A DNA stretch of 64,000 nucleotides. Source: Bacteroidota bacterium. Its GTDB lineage: Bacteria > Bacteroidota > Bacteroidia > Palsa-965. The position numbers were made by a program, and so were the translations under genes. Below are positions 38,777-48,724 of the stretch, one piece after another (within the stretch, counting starts at the first letter, position 1; each line of letters begins with the position of its first letter). The notes under the pieces were generated by a model. The model was given only the letters and a program-made list of their open reading frames with translations, was not told the DNA's origin and ran no database searches. The stretch covers positions 2,796 through 66,795 of the forward strand of contig PLYR01000104.1 in the NCBI GenBank assembly GCA_003153435.1. The letters run 5' to 3'.

Positions 38777-38848
38777 ACTGATGCATTCAACTGCAAATTA
38801 AACGGTTTATTCGGAGAATTGGTTTCCCGGTGCTTGAAGATTTCAACA

Positions 38849-39727
38849 TCAGGCTGTCAGCCGATTTAAGACCAGTGAAATCATTTTATCAACCGTTATC
38901 TTATAGTCTTTACTATAAGTTTTCGCAAGTCTGTTCGCAATAATTGAACAAATGGTGAGGGCTTCATGTCCAAGATGCTTCGATAAGCCATAAAGGGCTG
39001 AGGTTTCCATCTCAAAGTTAGTGATCCTCTCACCTTCATATTGAAAGCTTGTGAATGCATCATTCATCCCTGGAACGGCAAGAGGAATGCGTAAAACCCG
39101 TCCCTGAGGGCCATAAAAACCGGGAGCTGTTGCGGTAATTCCCGCTTTCAGGCCTTTTCCAAGAGTTGCAAGCAACTTATCAGAAGCTTTCACGATGTAT
39201 GGATAAGGTAACCCAGCCTTCCATTGGGTATGCTGCTGAAATGCTTCAACCATTTTTGTTTCCACAATACGCTCGAGGTTTCCGTAATAATTTAACAGAC
39301 CATCCATTCCAAGTCCATAACTGGAAACGAGAAAACTATCGGTATCAATATCCTTCTGCAGAGAACCGGAGGTTCCGAGCCTGATCAGCTGAAGGGATTT
39401 TGTTTCTGATTTTGCTGTTCTAGTTTTAAGATCAATATTGACCAGAGCATCCAGTTCGTTTACAACAATGTCGATATTATCAGTTCCAATTCCCGTAGAT
39501 AAAACACTGATTCTCTTCTTGTTATACACTCCAGTATGGGTAATGAACTCTCTGTTTGAAACCTGATGTTCAATCTTCTCAAAATGCTTGGAGACACTGG
39601 AAACTCTGCCAGGGTCACCTACCAACAGTACAATATCAGCCAGTTGTTCAGGTTGAAGTTTGAGGTGAAAAATACTTCCGTCAGGATTAATAATTAGTTC
39701 GGAATCCGGGATTTGTCTGTTTGTCAT
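38849..39727 (-). CDS. nucleoside phosphorylase, PNP/UDP family (uridine or purine nucleoside phosphorylase-like)
   Basis: PNP_UDP_1 core pattern (FHLKLQPEQLADIVLLVGDPGRVS ... LSTGIGTDNIDIVVNEL ... FEMETSALYG). Confidence 0.7.
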   Translation of the reverse strand: MTNRQIPDSELIINPDGSIFHLKLQPEQLADIVLLVGDPGRVSSVSKHFEKIEHQVSNREFITHTGVYNKKRISVLSTGIGTDNIDIVVNELDALVNIDLKTRTAKSETKSLQLIRLGTSGSLQKDIDTDSFLVSSYGLGMDGLLNYYGNLERIVETKMVEAFQQHTQWKAGLPYPYIVKASDKLLATLGKGLKAGITATAPGFYGPQGRVLRIPLAVPGMNDAFTSFQYEGERITNFEMETSALYGLSKHLGHEALTICSIIANRLAKTYSKDYKITVDKMISLVLNRLTA

Positions 39728-39871
39728 AAAGTTGGTGCTAAATATAACTTTGAATTAAGGATAGGAAACTCTACTATTGTACAACCATATTGCCTTATCC
39801 TTATGCAATTTGGATTGTGAATAAAGGTAAATAAAGATTGAAGAGCTGAACCATTCCCAATTGTTTTTTTT

Positions 39872-40765
39872 ATGGCGGATAAAAATATAAGTCGGGTTCT
39901 CATCGCATTTGACTTTGAAGATCAGTCGCTCATTGCACTTGCCCAGGGCTTGAATTTTTCAAAGGCGATTGGAGCCGAAATCACACTCGTACATGTTATT
40001 GAGGACGGTGGCATCCTGGGGAAAAACCTCACTGACGCTCAATATGACGAAATTCGCAAGGATGTGGATAAACGACTTCAGGATCAAATTGGAAAAATTT
40101 CATCTACCTATAAAGGGATGAAAGTAAATTCATTGGTAGCGCGAGGCCGGGTTTACGAAAAAATCATAGAAATAGCAGAAATGCTACAGGTCACCTTTAT
40201 CGTGATGGGTTGTAATGGGGCAGGCGTGCTAAAGCGTAAGTTTATTGGCTCGAATGCTTTGCATGTTGTGAGAGAATCAAAGTGCCCGGTACTTACTATT
40301 AAAGGCAAGCAACACCGGAACGGGTGCAAAAATCTGATTTTGCCCCTTGATCTTACAAAGGAGACTAGAGAGAAGGTGTCCAAAGCCATCGTTTTTGCAA
40401 AGCTGTATGGAGCGGCTGTAAGGGTGGTGTCCGTGATTTTTACGAAGGATGAATTTATAGTAAACCGTCTTACACGTCAGCTTTCGCAGGTTAAGGATTA
40501 TCTGGAGAAGGCCAAAGTAGAGTGTACTGCTGAAATCATCAAGGGAATTAAAGGAGAAGAGAACCTGGCACAGTGTGTTGTAGATTACGCCAGTAAAGAA
40601 GATGGAGATCTGCTGCTCATTATGACTCAGCAGGAGGTAGATTTTACGGATTATTTTATTGGCTCCTCGGCACAGGAAATTATCCTGAGAGCGGAGATGC
40701 CTGTTCTAAGTATTATCCCTGATTCCGGCAGGGGAAGCGGGGGTAAGGTTCCGAGAAAAAAGTGA
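39872..40765 (+). CDS. tandem-domain universal stress protein (UspA family)
   Basis: Two Usp domains, each ending with the G-x2-G-x9-G-S motif (GCNGAGVLKRKFIGSNA ; FIGSSAQEI). Confidence 0.8.
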   Translation: MADKNISRVLIAFDFEDQSLIALAQGLNFSKAIGAEITLVHVIEDGGILGKNLTDAQYDEIRKDVDKRLQDQIGKISSTYKGMKVNSLVARGRVYEKIIEIAEMLQVTFIVMGCNGAGVLKRKFIGSNALHVVRESKCPVLTIKGKQHRNGCKNLILPLDLTKETREKVSKAIVFAKLYGAAVRVVSVIFTKDEFIVNRLTRQLSQVKDYLEKAKVECTAEIIKGIKGEENLAQCVVDYASKEDGDLLLIMTQQEVDFTDYFIGSSAQEIILRAEMPVLSIIPDSGRGSGGKVPRKK

Positions 40766-40864
40766 TGCTGATCATTATGGAGATTGATTCTCGTCATTTA
40801 CAAATATTATAGTATCGAATACTTTTATAATCCATTTAACCACAACAACCAACACACTACATTT

Positions 40865-41764
40865 ATGACAACATTCAAAATCAATCGAATCTTAATACCA
40901 ACAGATTTCTCTGAAACCGGGCGTCTGGCAATTGAACATGGTTCATTTATGGCACGTTTATTTAAAGCAGAACTTTACATCCTGCATGTGCTGGAGGTTA
41001 ATGAATATACGTATGATATCCCGGAACCAATCCTCCGCCTTACAAATCTGGAAGCATTGCAAGGCATTGCTTTGAAGAAACTGGCAGAAATTGCAGAAGG
41101 AATCCGCAAAGATTTCGGAGTCGTTGCCACTACGATGAGCAGCACTGGAAAGATTGCCTCTGAAATAGTAAACTATAGCGAGGAGAATAAAATCGACATC
41201 ATTATTATGGGCACACATGGAGCCAGTGGCTTTGAGGAATACTTCATGGGCAGCAATGCTCACAAAGTTGTAACCAGTGCCAGCTGCCCGGTTATTACCA
41301 TACAAAACCAGGCCAAAAAGGTTGGATTTGTGAATATCGTTGTACCGATTGACAATAAGTTTCATTCCAGGGAAAAAATTAATTATGCAATAGAACTCGC
41401 TTCCCATTATGCTGCCAAAATTCATATCCTTGGATTGGTTGAATCACATGAAGACCATGATGAAGAGAAATTCAATATAAAGCTGGATTCGGTCGAAGAG
41501 CTTGTAAAAAAAGCCGGTTTGCCTTATACACGAAAAACAGTAGACGGATCGAATCTTGCGGTAAGTGCAATGGAATACTCGAAAACAATCAATGCAGATC
41601 TGATCGTAATCAATACAGATCAGGAATCGAATCTTACGGGAATGTTTATCGGCCCCTTTGCAAAACAAATTGTGAATCACAGCCGTATCCCTGTTATGAG
41701 CGTGAAGCACTCTGAAGGGGATTTCGATTCCTTGAACCTCGGTGGAAATGCCCGCATCTATTAA
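40865..41764 (+). CDS. tandem-domain universal stress protein (UspA family), paralog of the preceding gene
   Basis: Two Usp domains (GTHGASGFEEYFMGSNAHKV ; FIGPFAKQI). The start was moved from the track's TTG at 40784 to the ATG at 40865 (MTTFKINRILIPTDFS). Confidence 0.8.
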   Translation: MTTFKINRILIPTDFSETGRLAIEHGSFMARLFKAELYILHVLEVNEYTYDIPEPILRLTNLEALQGIALKKLAEIAEGIRKDFGVVATTMSSTGKIASEIVNYSEENKIDIIIMGTHGASGFEEYFMGSNAHKVVTSASCPVITIQNQAKKVGFVNIVVPIDNKFHSREKINYAIELASHYAAKIHILGLVESHEDHDEEKFNIKLDSVEELVKKAGLPYTRKTVDGSNLAVSAMEYSKTINADLIVINTDQESNLTGMFIGPFAKQIVNHSRIPVMSVKHSEGDFDSLNLGGNARIY

Positions 41765-41845
41765 AAGAGGTGTAATGGATAAAAAAAAACAAAGGGATTG
41801 TTCGCCGGATTAAATATTCTATTATTTTTGACCAAAACTCCCCCT

Positions 41846-42349
41846 ATGAAAAAAATCCAACTCTTTTTAATGATTTCTTCGGTTGCAGCATTATTTGTTT
41901 CTTGCGGACCGACCAAGAATGATGCTATTAAGTACAATGATGCGTTAATAGCGATCCAGAAGTCGCTTTCGCCAGCGTATAACGCATTTATCAATCAGAT
42001 TGACGGTCACAACAAAGACTCTCTGAAGCTGTCTTATGCCTCTTTCTGCTCCAAAGCAAAGAGCTGCCTGGATGAGTGCACTGCACTGAAAGCTTTTGGC
42101 GGAAGTACAGAATACAAAGATGCGGCCCTTGATTATTTCAAAACCATTAACACGATGGCCGACAATGAAGGAAAACAGATTATGGATATCGCACTGATGG
42201 ACAAAGAGAAGATTACAGATAAAGAAGTTGATGCCATGAAAACGGCTTCTTCCAAGTTTGATACTGAAAGTGCCCGTGTTCTTCAGAAGGTTGGAGAAGC
42301 ACAAGTGGTTTTTTCAACAAAATGGAAGTTCGCTATAGCGAAAGACTAG
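41846..42349 (+). CDS. hypothetical lipoprotein
   Basis: MKKIQLFLMISSVAALFVSCG lipoprotein signal, all-helical body. The ATG at 41846 replaces the track's TTG at 41798. Confidence 0.5.
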   Translation: MKKIQLFLMISSVAALFVSCGPTKNDAIKYNDALIAIQKSLSPAYNAFINQIDGHNKDSLKLSYASFCSKAKSCLDECTALKAFGGSTEYKDAALDYFKTINTMADNEGKQIMDIALMDKEKITDKEVDAMKTASSKFDTESARVLQKVGEAQVVFSTKWKFAIAKD

Positions 42350-43479
42350 GTGATCCGGTGCGGTATGAAGCGGCTCAGGTTGTCAGTTATTAGGGAATGG
42401 CTTTCACGGATTCCGATCCCAGCTGATTTTCCACCGATGATCCAGGATCCAATTACCGGATAATTGCCGTTGAATTCAGGAAGTTTTTGAAGCTTTTGGT
42501 AAATGAAGCCTTCTTCCCCATATTCACCTCCGGTTTCAACTTCAACACTTCCATTCTCTACAATCATAATATTAGCCCCTTCTCTGGAAAGAAGGGGCTT
42601 TTTTACATAGTTTTTCATACCACCATCCTTTCCTGAATAACATTCCAGGAGATTGGGATGATCAGGAAAAAGCTCCCAGAGCACAGGCAATATGGCTTTG
42701 TTACTTAGGATCATCTTCCATGGAGGTTCAATCCAAAGGGTATCTGCCTTCAGGATGTGCGGGCCAAACTCTTCATGCATAATCCATTCCCAAGGGTAGA
42801 GTTTAAAAATCGTTTTAATCGGCTCCTCCTGCAAATCGGTAAACCCGGAACCGTTCCAGCCTATGTTTTCAACGGAGATGAACTGGGTTTGCAATCCGGC
42901 CTGAATAGCACAATCCTGCAGATAGGTCATGTTCATGAAGTCTTCTGCATTTCCATTTAGACTGGAAAAATGAAGCTTTCCCTTTTTTAGATAAATCTTG
43001 ATTTGTTTAAACCATGCAATCAGTTTTTCATGCATTGAGTTAAACTGGTCAGCCTCCGGAAATACCTCTTTCAGCCAGAACCACTGGATCACAGAAGCCT
43101 CCAGCAATGATGTTGGGGTGTCCGCATTAAACTCCAGCATTTTAGGGGCAATGTTTGGATTTCCATCCCAACTCAGGTCAAATCTTCCATAAATGGATGG
43201 GGTTTCACGCTGCCAGCTAGATTTAATGAGCGGAATCCATTTAGCCGGGATATGAAACTGTTCAAACAGATTGTTACGGATGACATAGTCTACCGCTTTG
43301 AGACACATTCTGAAAAGCTTATTGCTGACATTTTCTAAAATCTCAATCTGCCCCGGAGTAAATGAATAATATGCGCTTTCATCCCAATACGTGACTCCAT
43401 CAGGGGTGTGATAAGTAAACCCAAGCTCCTCCACCTTCAGTATCCAGTTGTCCCGGCATTCAATCTTCCTACGTTCCAT
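42346..43479 (-). CDS. glutathionylspermidine synthase-family (pre-ATP-grasp, YgiC/YjfC-like) protein
   Basis: GSP_synth family pattern (ESAYYSFTPGQIEILE ... YGRFDL ... LEFNADTPTSLLEAS...). Confidence 0.75.
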   Translation of the reverse strand: MERRKIECRDNWILKVEELGFTYHTPDGVTYWDESAYYSFTPGQIEILENVSNKLFRMCLKAVDYVIRNNLFEQFHIPAKWIPLIKSSWQRETPSIYGRFDLSWDGNPNIAPKMLEFNADTPTSLLEASVIQWFWLKEVFPEADQFNSMHEKLIAWFKQIKIYLKKGKLHFSSLNGNAEDFMNMTYLQDCAIQAGLQTQFISVENIGWNGSGFTDLQEEPIKTIFKLYPWEWIMHEEFGPHILKADTLWIEPPWKMILSNKAILPVLWELFPDHPNLLECYSGKDGGMKNYVKKPLLSREGANIMIVENGSVEVETGGEYGEEGFIYQKLQKLPEFNGNYPVIGSWIIGGKSAGIGIRESHSLITDNLSRFIPHRIT

Positions 43480-43560
43480 AAAACAGTATTTAGGGAGTAC
43501 AAGACAATTCGCCTGCCAAAGAATGGAGAGCAGGGTTAGAAACTAATTAAAATGTGTGGA

Positions 43561-44022
43561 TCATTCTATTTTCCGGATCCAGAAAACACTGTTGGTCTTA
43601 TAGCCAGCCCGAAGTTCGACCTGATCCCCTTCACCAATTTGCAGCTTAGGAAAAGCAGCTAAATTGAAATCATATTTACCGATCATAATGGTATTACCAG
43701 AGGCCTGATTGACTTTTCCTTTTGCGGCTTTCACCTGAAAATTCGTAAGATCTTTATTGTAGCTCATTAGATCACTGATCCCAAGCCGGAGGGGGAATGC
43801 AGCTATCAAAACCAACACCACGTTCCAGATTCCTCGTCTGGTTTCGTCCATATCAAAACGCACATCATTCGTATTTATAACCACGAGTGCGCCGATAGAA
43901 AGCAGGGAAATCGGGAGGATAACAAGTAATTTACGTTTCAGGGGTTTCCGGAGAACGGTACGCATCAATTCCCGGTCTTCTTCAGTTGTATTATCGGTCC
44001 TTACTTCGGGAAGGGTGTTCAT
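43561..44022 (-). CDS. hypothetical two-TM membrane protein
   Basis: Two hydrophobic helices. The start is set at MNTLPEV (44022), 28 nt after the folP stop. The longer ORF-track start would overlap folP by ~90 nt. Confidence 0.4.
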   Translation of the reverse strand: MNTLPEVRTDNTTEEDRELMRTVLRKPLKRKLLVILPISLLSIGALVVINTNDVRFDMDETRRGIWNVVLVLIAAFPLRLGISDLMSYNKDLTNFQVKAAKGKVNQASGNTIMIGKYDFNLAAFPKLQIGEGDQVELRAGYKTNSVFWIRKIE

Positions 44023-44869
44023 AGATGGGCTGTTCAGAAGAACGAATGTACGCATAAATTTTAACGGCTTCCGCGGCATGCTTCACATCATGCACCCGGA
44101 GAATATTGGCTCCGTTCATAAGCGCAATCATGTTGGCAGCCGTTGTACCGTTCAGTGCATCTTCCGGTTTGGTGCCAAGCACCTTGTTAATCATAGACTT
44201 GCGGGAAAGGCCAGCCATGACAGGGTATCCCAATTCAGAGATAGACCGAAGTCCTGACAAAAGTTCGAAATTTGATTCTACTGTTTTCCCAAATCCAAAT
44301 CCCGGATCAAGGATGATTGACCCGACACCAGCTGCCTTCAAGAGGCCTATTTTTTCATGGAAGTACGATAAAACTGTTGACAATGCGTGGGAGGCAAGCG
44401 GAGCATCCTGCATGCTCTCCGGTGATCCGTATAAATGCATCAGAACATATGGGACCTGAAGTTTTCCCAGGGTAGAAAACATATCTGAATCCAGGCTTCC
44501 TCCGCTGATATCGTTGATTATATCAGCCCCGGCAGCGACAGCTTCCCTGGCAACAGAAGCTCGGAAAGTATCCGCAGAGATGACAGACTCCGGAAAATAT
44601 TTGCGAACCGCCCGGATGGCCGGCAGTAACCTTAACAACTCCTCATTGACAGGCACCATTTTGGCTCCCGGACGGGTAGAAACAGCCCCGATATCAATAA
44701 TTGCGGCACCTTCTTCCAGCATCTGTTCTGTACGAATCAATATCGCTTCTTCCTGACGGTAACGCCCTCCATCAAAGAAAGAATCAGGGGTTACATTCAG
44801 TATGCCCATGACCGCCGGAACAGATAAATCAAGCCGGCCACTTCTTAAAAAAACGTATCTTGTGCTCAC
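43991..44869 (-). CDS. folP: dihydropteroate synthase
   Basis: VMGILNVTPDSFFDGG pterin-binding signature. There is no in-frame ATG, so the GTG start at 44869 is proposed. Alignment to E. coli FolP requires residues upstream of the first internal Met. Confidence 0.85.
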   Translation of the reverse strand: MSTRYVFLRSGRLDLSVPAVMGILNVTPDSFFDGGRYRQEEAILIRTEQMLEEGAAIIDIGAVSTRPGAKMVPVNEELLRLLPAIRAVRKYFPESVISADTFRASVAREAVAAGADIINDISGGSLDSDMFSTLGKLQVPYVLMHLYGSPESMQDAPLASHALSTVLSYFHEKIGLLKAAGVGSIILDPGFGFGKTVESNFELLSGLRSISELGYPVMAGLSRKSMINKVLGTKPEDALNGTTAANMIALMNGANILRVHDVKHAAEAVKIYAYIRSSEQPIYEHPSRSKDR

Positions 44870-44883
44870 ATTTTCTGGTTATT

Positions 44884-45420
44884 ATGGGAAAGACCTCCGA
44901 ACAGTTTGATAATGCGACACGGTCGTGCAAAGATATCTTTGTAAAAAAGATGAAAGATTACGGCAGCGCCTGGCGTGTGCTTAGAACCAGCTCTATTACC
45001 GATCAGATTCTTATCAAGGCTCAGCGAATCCGTAGCATTGAAGATAAAGGTACGCAAAAAGTAGACGAAGGTGTACAAAGTGAGTTCATGGGAATTGTCA
45101 ATTATGCGGTAATCGGGCTTATCCAACTCGAGCTTGGCGAAGACCCGAGGATGGAGCTATCAGAGCCGGAAGCATCAAAGCTTTTCGAGAAATATATATT
45201 TTCGGCAAAGAGTTTGATGGAGAACAAGAATCACGACTACAATGAAGCCTGGAGGGAAATGAGGGTGAGTTCCCTGACGGATCTTATTTTAATGAAGCTC
45301 CTGCGTGTGAAGCAGATAGAAGACAATAAAGGAAGCACTCTGATATCAGAAGGTATTGATGCCAACTATTTCGATATTATTAATTATGCTATTTTTGCAC
45401 TTATCCGTTTGGGAGAATAA
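44884..45420 (+). CDS. DUF1599-family protein
   Basis: Pattern KDYGSAWRVLRTSSITDQILIKAQRIRSIE. The family is conserved next to folP/DoxX/tpiA in Bacteroidota. The ATG at 44884 replaces the track's TTG at 44860. Confidence 0.65.
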   Translation: MGKTSEQFDNATRSCKDIFVKKMKDYGSAWRVLRTSSITDQILIKAQRIRSIEDKGTQKVDEGVQSEFMGIVNYAVIGLIQLELGEDPRMELSEPEASKLFEKYIFSAKSLMENKNHDYNEAWREMRVSSLTDLILMKLLRVKQIEDNKGSTLISEGIDANYFDIINYAIFALIRLGE

Positions 45421-45425
45421 CGATT

Positions 45426-46793
45426 ATGAAAATCTTTGAAAACAAGATCGTGCGTTTCATAATATCTGCCGGGATAGCAGCGTTGCTGTACGCTATTTGT
45501 CCTCCCTGCTTGAGTAAACTGATTCTAGGTGCTGTTCTTCTCACTTTATTGGTCTTCATCAATGCCTCTTCTTTTTTCTCCCGTTTCTCCTGGCTTACAC
45601 ATGGCTCCAGAATTCTCGTAGGCTGCCTTTTCATCTTTTCAGGCTTTATCAAATCAAATGACCCGACGGGATTTTCCTACAAATTGGAAGAATACTTTGA
45701 TGTATTTGCAGACGATACAGCCAATTGGAGTTTTATTGCAGGCTTCTTTCATGGATTGAAATCTCTGTCTCTCTTTCTTGCAATATTTGTTTGTGTTACG
45801 GAAGTTGCACTTGGTTTTATGCTGCTTGTTGGGGCAAAAGTAAGGCTTACTCTTTGGCTTCTCCTGTTGCAGATCGTATTCTTCACGTTCCTTACTTTCT
45901 ATTCCGCCTGTTTCAATAAGGTAACTCACTGCGGGTGTTTTGGTGATGCAATTCAACTTACACCCTGGCAGAGCTTCGGAAAAGATCTTGCTCTTATGAT
46001 TCTGATTACAGTGCTTTGGGTCGGAGAGCAAAACATCAAACCGCTTTTCGGATCCTTTGTTGGCAACCTGGCAATCGTTTTAATCATAGCAGGATCGATT
46101 GCCTTCCCGCTCTATGCCTGGTACTATCTTCCACCGATAGATTTCAGGCCTTACGCCCCGGGTAAAAACCTGTGTGAAGAGATGAAACCCGGTCCGAAGT
46201 ACAAGCCGGCCAAGGTTGAAACAATTTTGACCTATAGGAATCTTCAAACAAATGAAAAGAAAGAATTTACCCAGCAAAATTACCCTTGGCAGGATACTCT
46301 TCACTGGAAATATGATACCATTGTGAACAACATTCTTGAAAAATCATTTGACGAACCTAAGATCACGGACTTTAAAATAACCGATCCGGAGACACAGGAT
46401 GACCTGACGGACTCCATACTCCGTATAAACGATTATTATTTTCTTCTCGTTGTGAATGAACTGGGAGAGAAGAAAAAGGATAGATTCGAACCAAGATCCT
46501 CCTACCTAAAGGTGCAGGGCAGAATCAATGATTTTGCGGCTCTTTGTGAAAAGGACAAGAAACATTTTTATGGTTTGACCAGTGCATCCAAATCCGAAAT
46601 ATCTGATTTCAGACATGAGGTTCAGGCGATGTATCCATATCTGAATTCTGATCAGACCGTACTGAAAACGATGATCAGGTCAAACCCTGGACTGATGCTA
46701 ATGAAAGGTTGTGTGGTGATTGCAAACTGGCCGTTTCATTCGCTGCCTTCGTATAACGATGTGAAGGAAAAATATTTTAAACAGGGCAAATAG
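45426..46793 (+). CDS. DoxX-like membrane protein with large C-terminal extension (BT_3928-like family)
   Basis: N-terminal DoxX-type four-TM region, then a ~250-aa soluble extension. The position in the conserved folP neighbourhood supports the call. Confidence 0.65.
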   Translation: MKIFENKIVRFIISAGIAALLYAICPPCLSKLILGAVLLTLLVFINASSFFSRFSWLTHGSRILVGCLFIFSGFIKSNDPTGFSYKLEEYFDVFADDTANWSFIAGFFHGLKSLSLFLAIFVCVTEVALGFMLLVGAKVRLTLWLLLLQIVFFTFLTFYSACFNKVTHCGCFGDAIQLTPWQSFGKDLALMILITVLWVGEQNIKPLFGSFVGNLAIVLIIAGSIAFPLYAWYYLPPIDFRPYAPGKNLCEEMKPGPKYKPAKVETILTYRNLQTNEKKEFTQQNYPWQDTLHWKYDTIVNNILEKSFDEPKITDFKITDPETQDDLTDSILRINDYYFLLVVNELGEKKKDRFEPRSSYLKVQGRINDFAALCEKDKKHFYGLTSASKSEISDFRHEVQAMYPYLNSDQTVLKTMIRSNPGLMLMKGCVVIANWPFHSLPSYNDVKEKYFKQGK

Positions 46794-46828
46794 AAGTAAC
46801 GGAGAGAGATCATTTAATATAGAGGGTT

Positions 46829-47905
46829 TTGCTGAAATTCATTACAAAGAGGTTCCTTTACGGGGTGTTGGTTATGCTGGGTGTAATCACCGTTATTTTC
46901 CTGCTGTTTAATGTCCTGCCAGGAGATCCTGCCAGGATGATGCTGGGGCAACGTGCGGATTCCCTTTCGATTGCAGCCATTAACAAGGATCTGGGAAGGG
47001 ATAAGCCCTTGATGACACAGTATATTATGTACCTGAATGATCTTAGCCCGATTTCCTGGTACAATATCAAAGACGAGTCCAACACTTTTTACCTGGATAG
47101 TACAAAATATGGACAACCCTGGAAGATCAAGATGGGAGCATCTGCATTGGTCTTCAAAGCACCTTACCTCCGGCGTTCGTATCAGACCAAACGAAAGGTT
47201 ACAGAACTGATCAAAGAAACCATGCCTGAAACCTTTGCATTGGCGTTCGCGTCCATGCTTATTGCTTCGGTCCTTGGGATTGGTTTTGGTATTATCGCGG
47301 CCATTAAAAAGAACAGCTTCTTTGACCGGGTTTCATTTATAGTCGCTATTATTGGTATGTCCGGCCCTTCCTTCTTCATAGGGTTGTTACTCATGCTGCT
47401 TTTCGGTTTTGTGTTGAGCGATTATACGGGTCTGAAAGTAGTGGGAAGTCTCTATATGGTGGATGAGTATACCGGTAAAGAGGTCATGCATCTTCAAAAC
47501 CTGATTCTGCCCGCCATAACGCTAGGGCTCAGACCGTGGGCCATTGTATTGCAGCTTACACGAAGTTCTCTGCTGGAAGTATTGTCTCATGATTATATTC
47601 GTACCGCCAAAGCAAAGGGGCTGAGCTATTACAAAGTAATCTTCAAGCATGCCCTTAAAAATGCCTTGAACCCTGTCATCACTTCCATTTCAGGTTGGCT
47701 GGCGGGACTTATGGCAGGAGCTGTACTCGTCGAAAGGGTCTTCGACTGGAAAGGTATTGGGAGTGCGGTCGTGGAAGCATTGGACAATTATGACCTTCCT
47801 GTCGTCATGGGAAGCACTTTGGTTTTCGCAACTATTTTTATTGTAATTAATATTTTAGTAGATATCACTTACGGAATTCTCGACCCTCGGGTTCGTGTTC
47901 AATAA
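46829..47905 (+). CDS. ABC transporter permease, DppB/OppB-like
   Basis: N-terminus MLKFITKRFLYGVLVMLGVITVIFLLFNVLPGDP is the classic DppB start. The EAA-type loop is present. The apparent start is a TTG. No cognate ATPase or binding-protein gene is adjacent. Confidence 0.7.
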   Translation: MLKFITKRFLYGVLVMLGVITVIFLLFNVLPGDPARMMLGQRADSLSIAAINKDLGRDKPLMTQYIMYLNDLSPISWYNIKDESNTFYLDSTKYGQPWKIKMGASALVFKAPYLRRSYQTKRKVTELIKETMPETFALAFASMLIASVLGIGFGIIAAIKKNSFFDRVSFIVAIIGMSGPSFFIGLLLMLLFGFVLSDYTGLKVVGSLYMVDEYTGKEVMHLQNLILPAITLGLRPWAIVLQLTRSSLLEVLSHDYIRTAKAKGLSYYKVIFKHALKNALNPVITSISGWLAGLMAGAVLVERVFDWKGIGSAVVEALDNYDLPVVMGSTLVFATIFIVINILVDITYGILDPRVRVQ

Positions 47906-47929
47906 TTTATTTCCTGCTATCCGTTTTAT

Positions 47930-48703
47930 ATGAGAAAAAAAATAGTCGCAGGCAATTGGAAGATGAACAAAAATCTTCACGAATGCATTCTTCTCGCTGA
48001 TGACATCCGGGCTGGCCTGGAACCACTACCGAAAAATCAGCTTCCAACTGTTATACTAGCTCCGGCATTCCCTTTTCTTTATGCCGTTTCTCAGACCCTG
48101 GGTGTTAATCAAAGTATAACCACGTCTGCACAGAACTGTTCTTCTGAAAAATCCGGTGCTTATACCGGTGAAGTATCTGTTGATATGATCCGCAGTACGG
48201 GTGCCAAATATGTCATTATCGGTCATTCCGAAAGAAGGTCTCTTTTTCTCGAGACAGAAGATTCTATTCGAAAAAAATTGATGGTCTGCCTGGAGGCAGA
48301 ACTTGCTCCTATACTTTGTATCGGGGAAAAATCAGAGGAGAGAAAAGAGGCGCGGCATTTTGAGGTTGTTAAAAAACAAATTGATTCTGCTACAGGTAAC
48401 CTTTCACCTGAAATACTTTCTAAATTGGTTATTGCCTATGAACCAGTCTGGGCGATTGGAACGGGGGTTCATGCAAGTCCGGCTCAGGCTCAGGAAATGC
48501 AGGCTTTTATTCGCCAGTCTTTTGCTCAAAGTAAGGGTATGGAATTTTCCCAAACTTTGCCCATCCTCTATGGAGGGAGTTGCAATCCCGGAAACGCAAA
48601 AGAATTATTTTCCTGTAAGGACGTAGATGGTGGACTAATCGGGGGGGCTTCCCTGAATGCATCTGATTTCCTCTCCATCATCAAGGCGGCGATGGACCTT
48701 TGA
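47930..48703 (+). CDS. tpiA: triosephosphate isomerase
   Basis: AGNWKMN, catalytic IGHSERR, and C-terminal GGASL motifs. Confidence 0.9.
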   Translation: MRKKIVAGNWKMNKNLHECILLADDIRAGLEPLPKNQLPTVILAPAFPFLYAVSQTLGVNQSITTSAQNCSSEKSGAYTGEVSVDMIRSTGAKYVIIGHSERRSLFLETEDSIRKKLMVCLEAELAPILCIGEKSEERKEARHFEVVKKQIDSATGNLSPEILSKLVIAYEPVWAIGTGVHASPAQAQEMQAFIRQSFAQSKGMEFSQTLPILYGGSCNPGNAKELFSCKDVDGGLIGGASLNASDFLSIIKAAMDL

Positions 48704-48724
48704 TTTTCTAAAACAAACAATCGC

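Noticed and set aside
39745-39800. Imperfect inverted repeat AAGGATAGG...CCTTATCCTT upstream of the tandem usp genes
   Set aside because: The arms are separated by ~30 nt and imperfect. It could be a regulatory hairpin, but evidence is insufficient.
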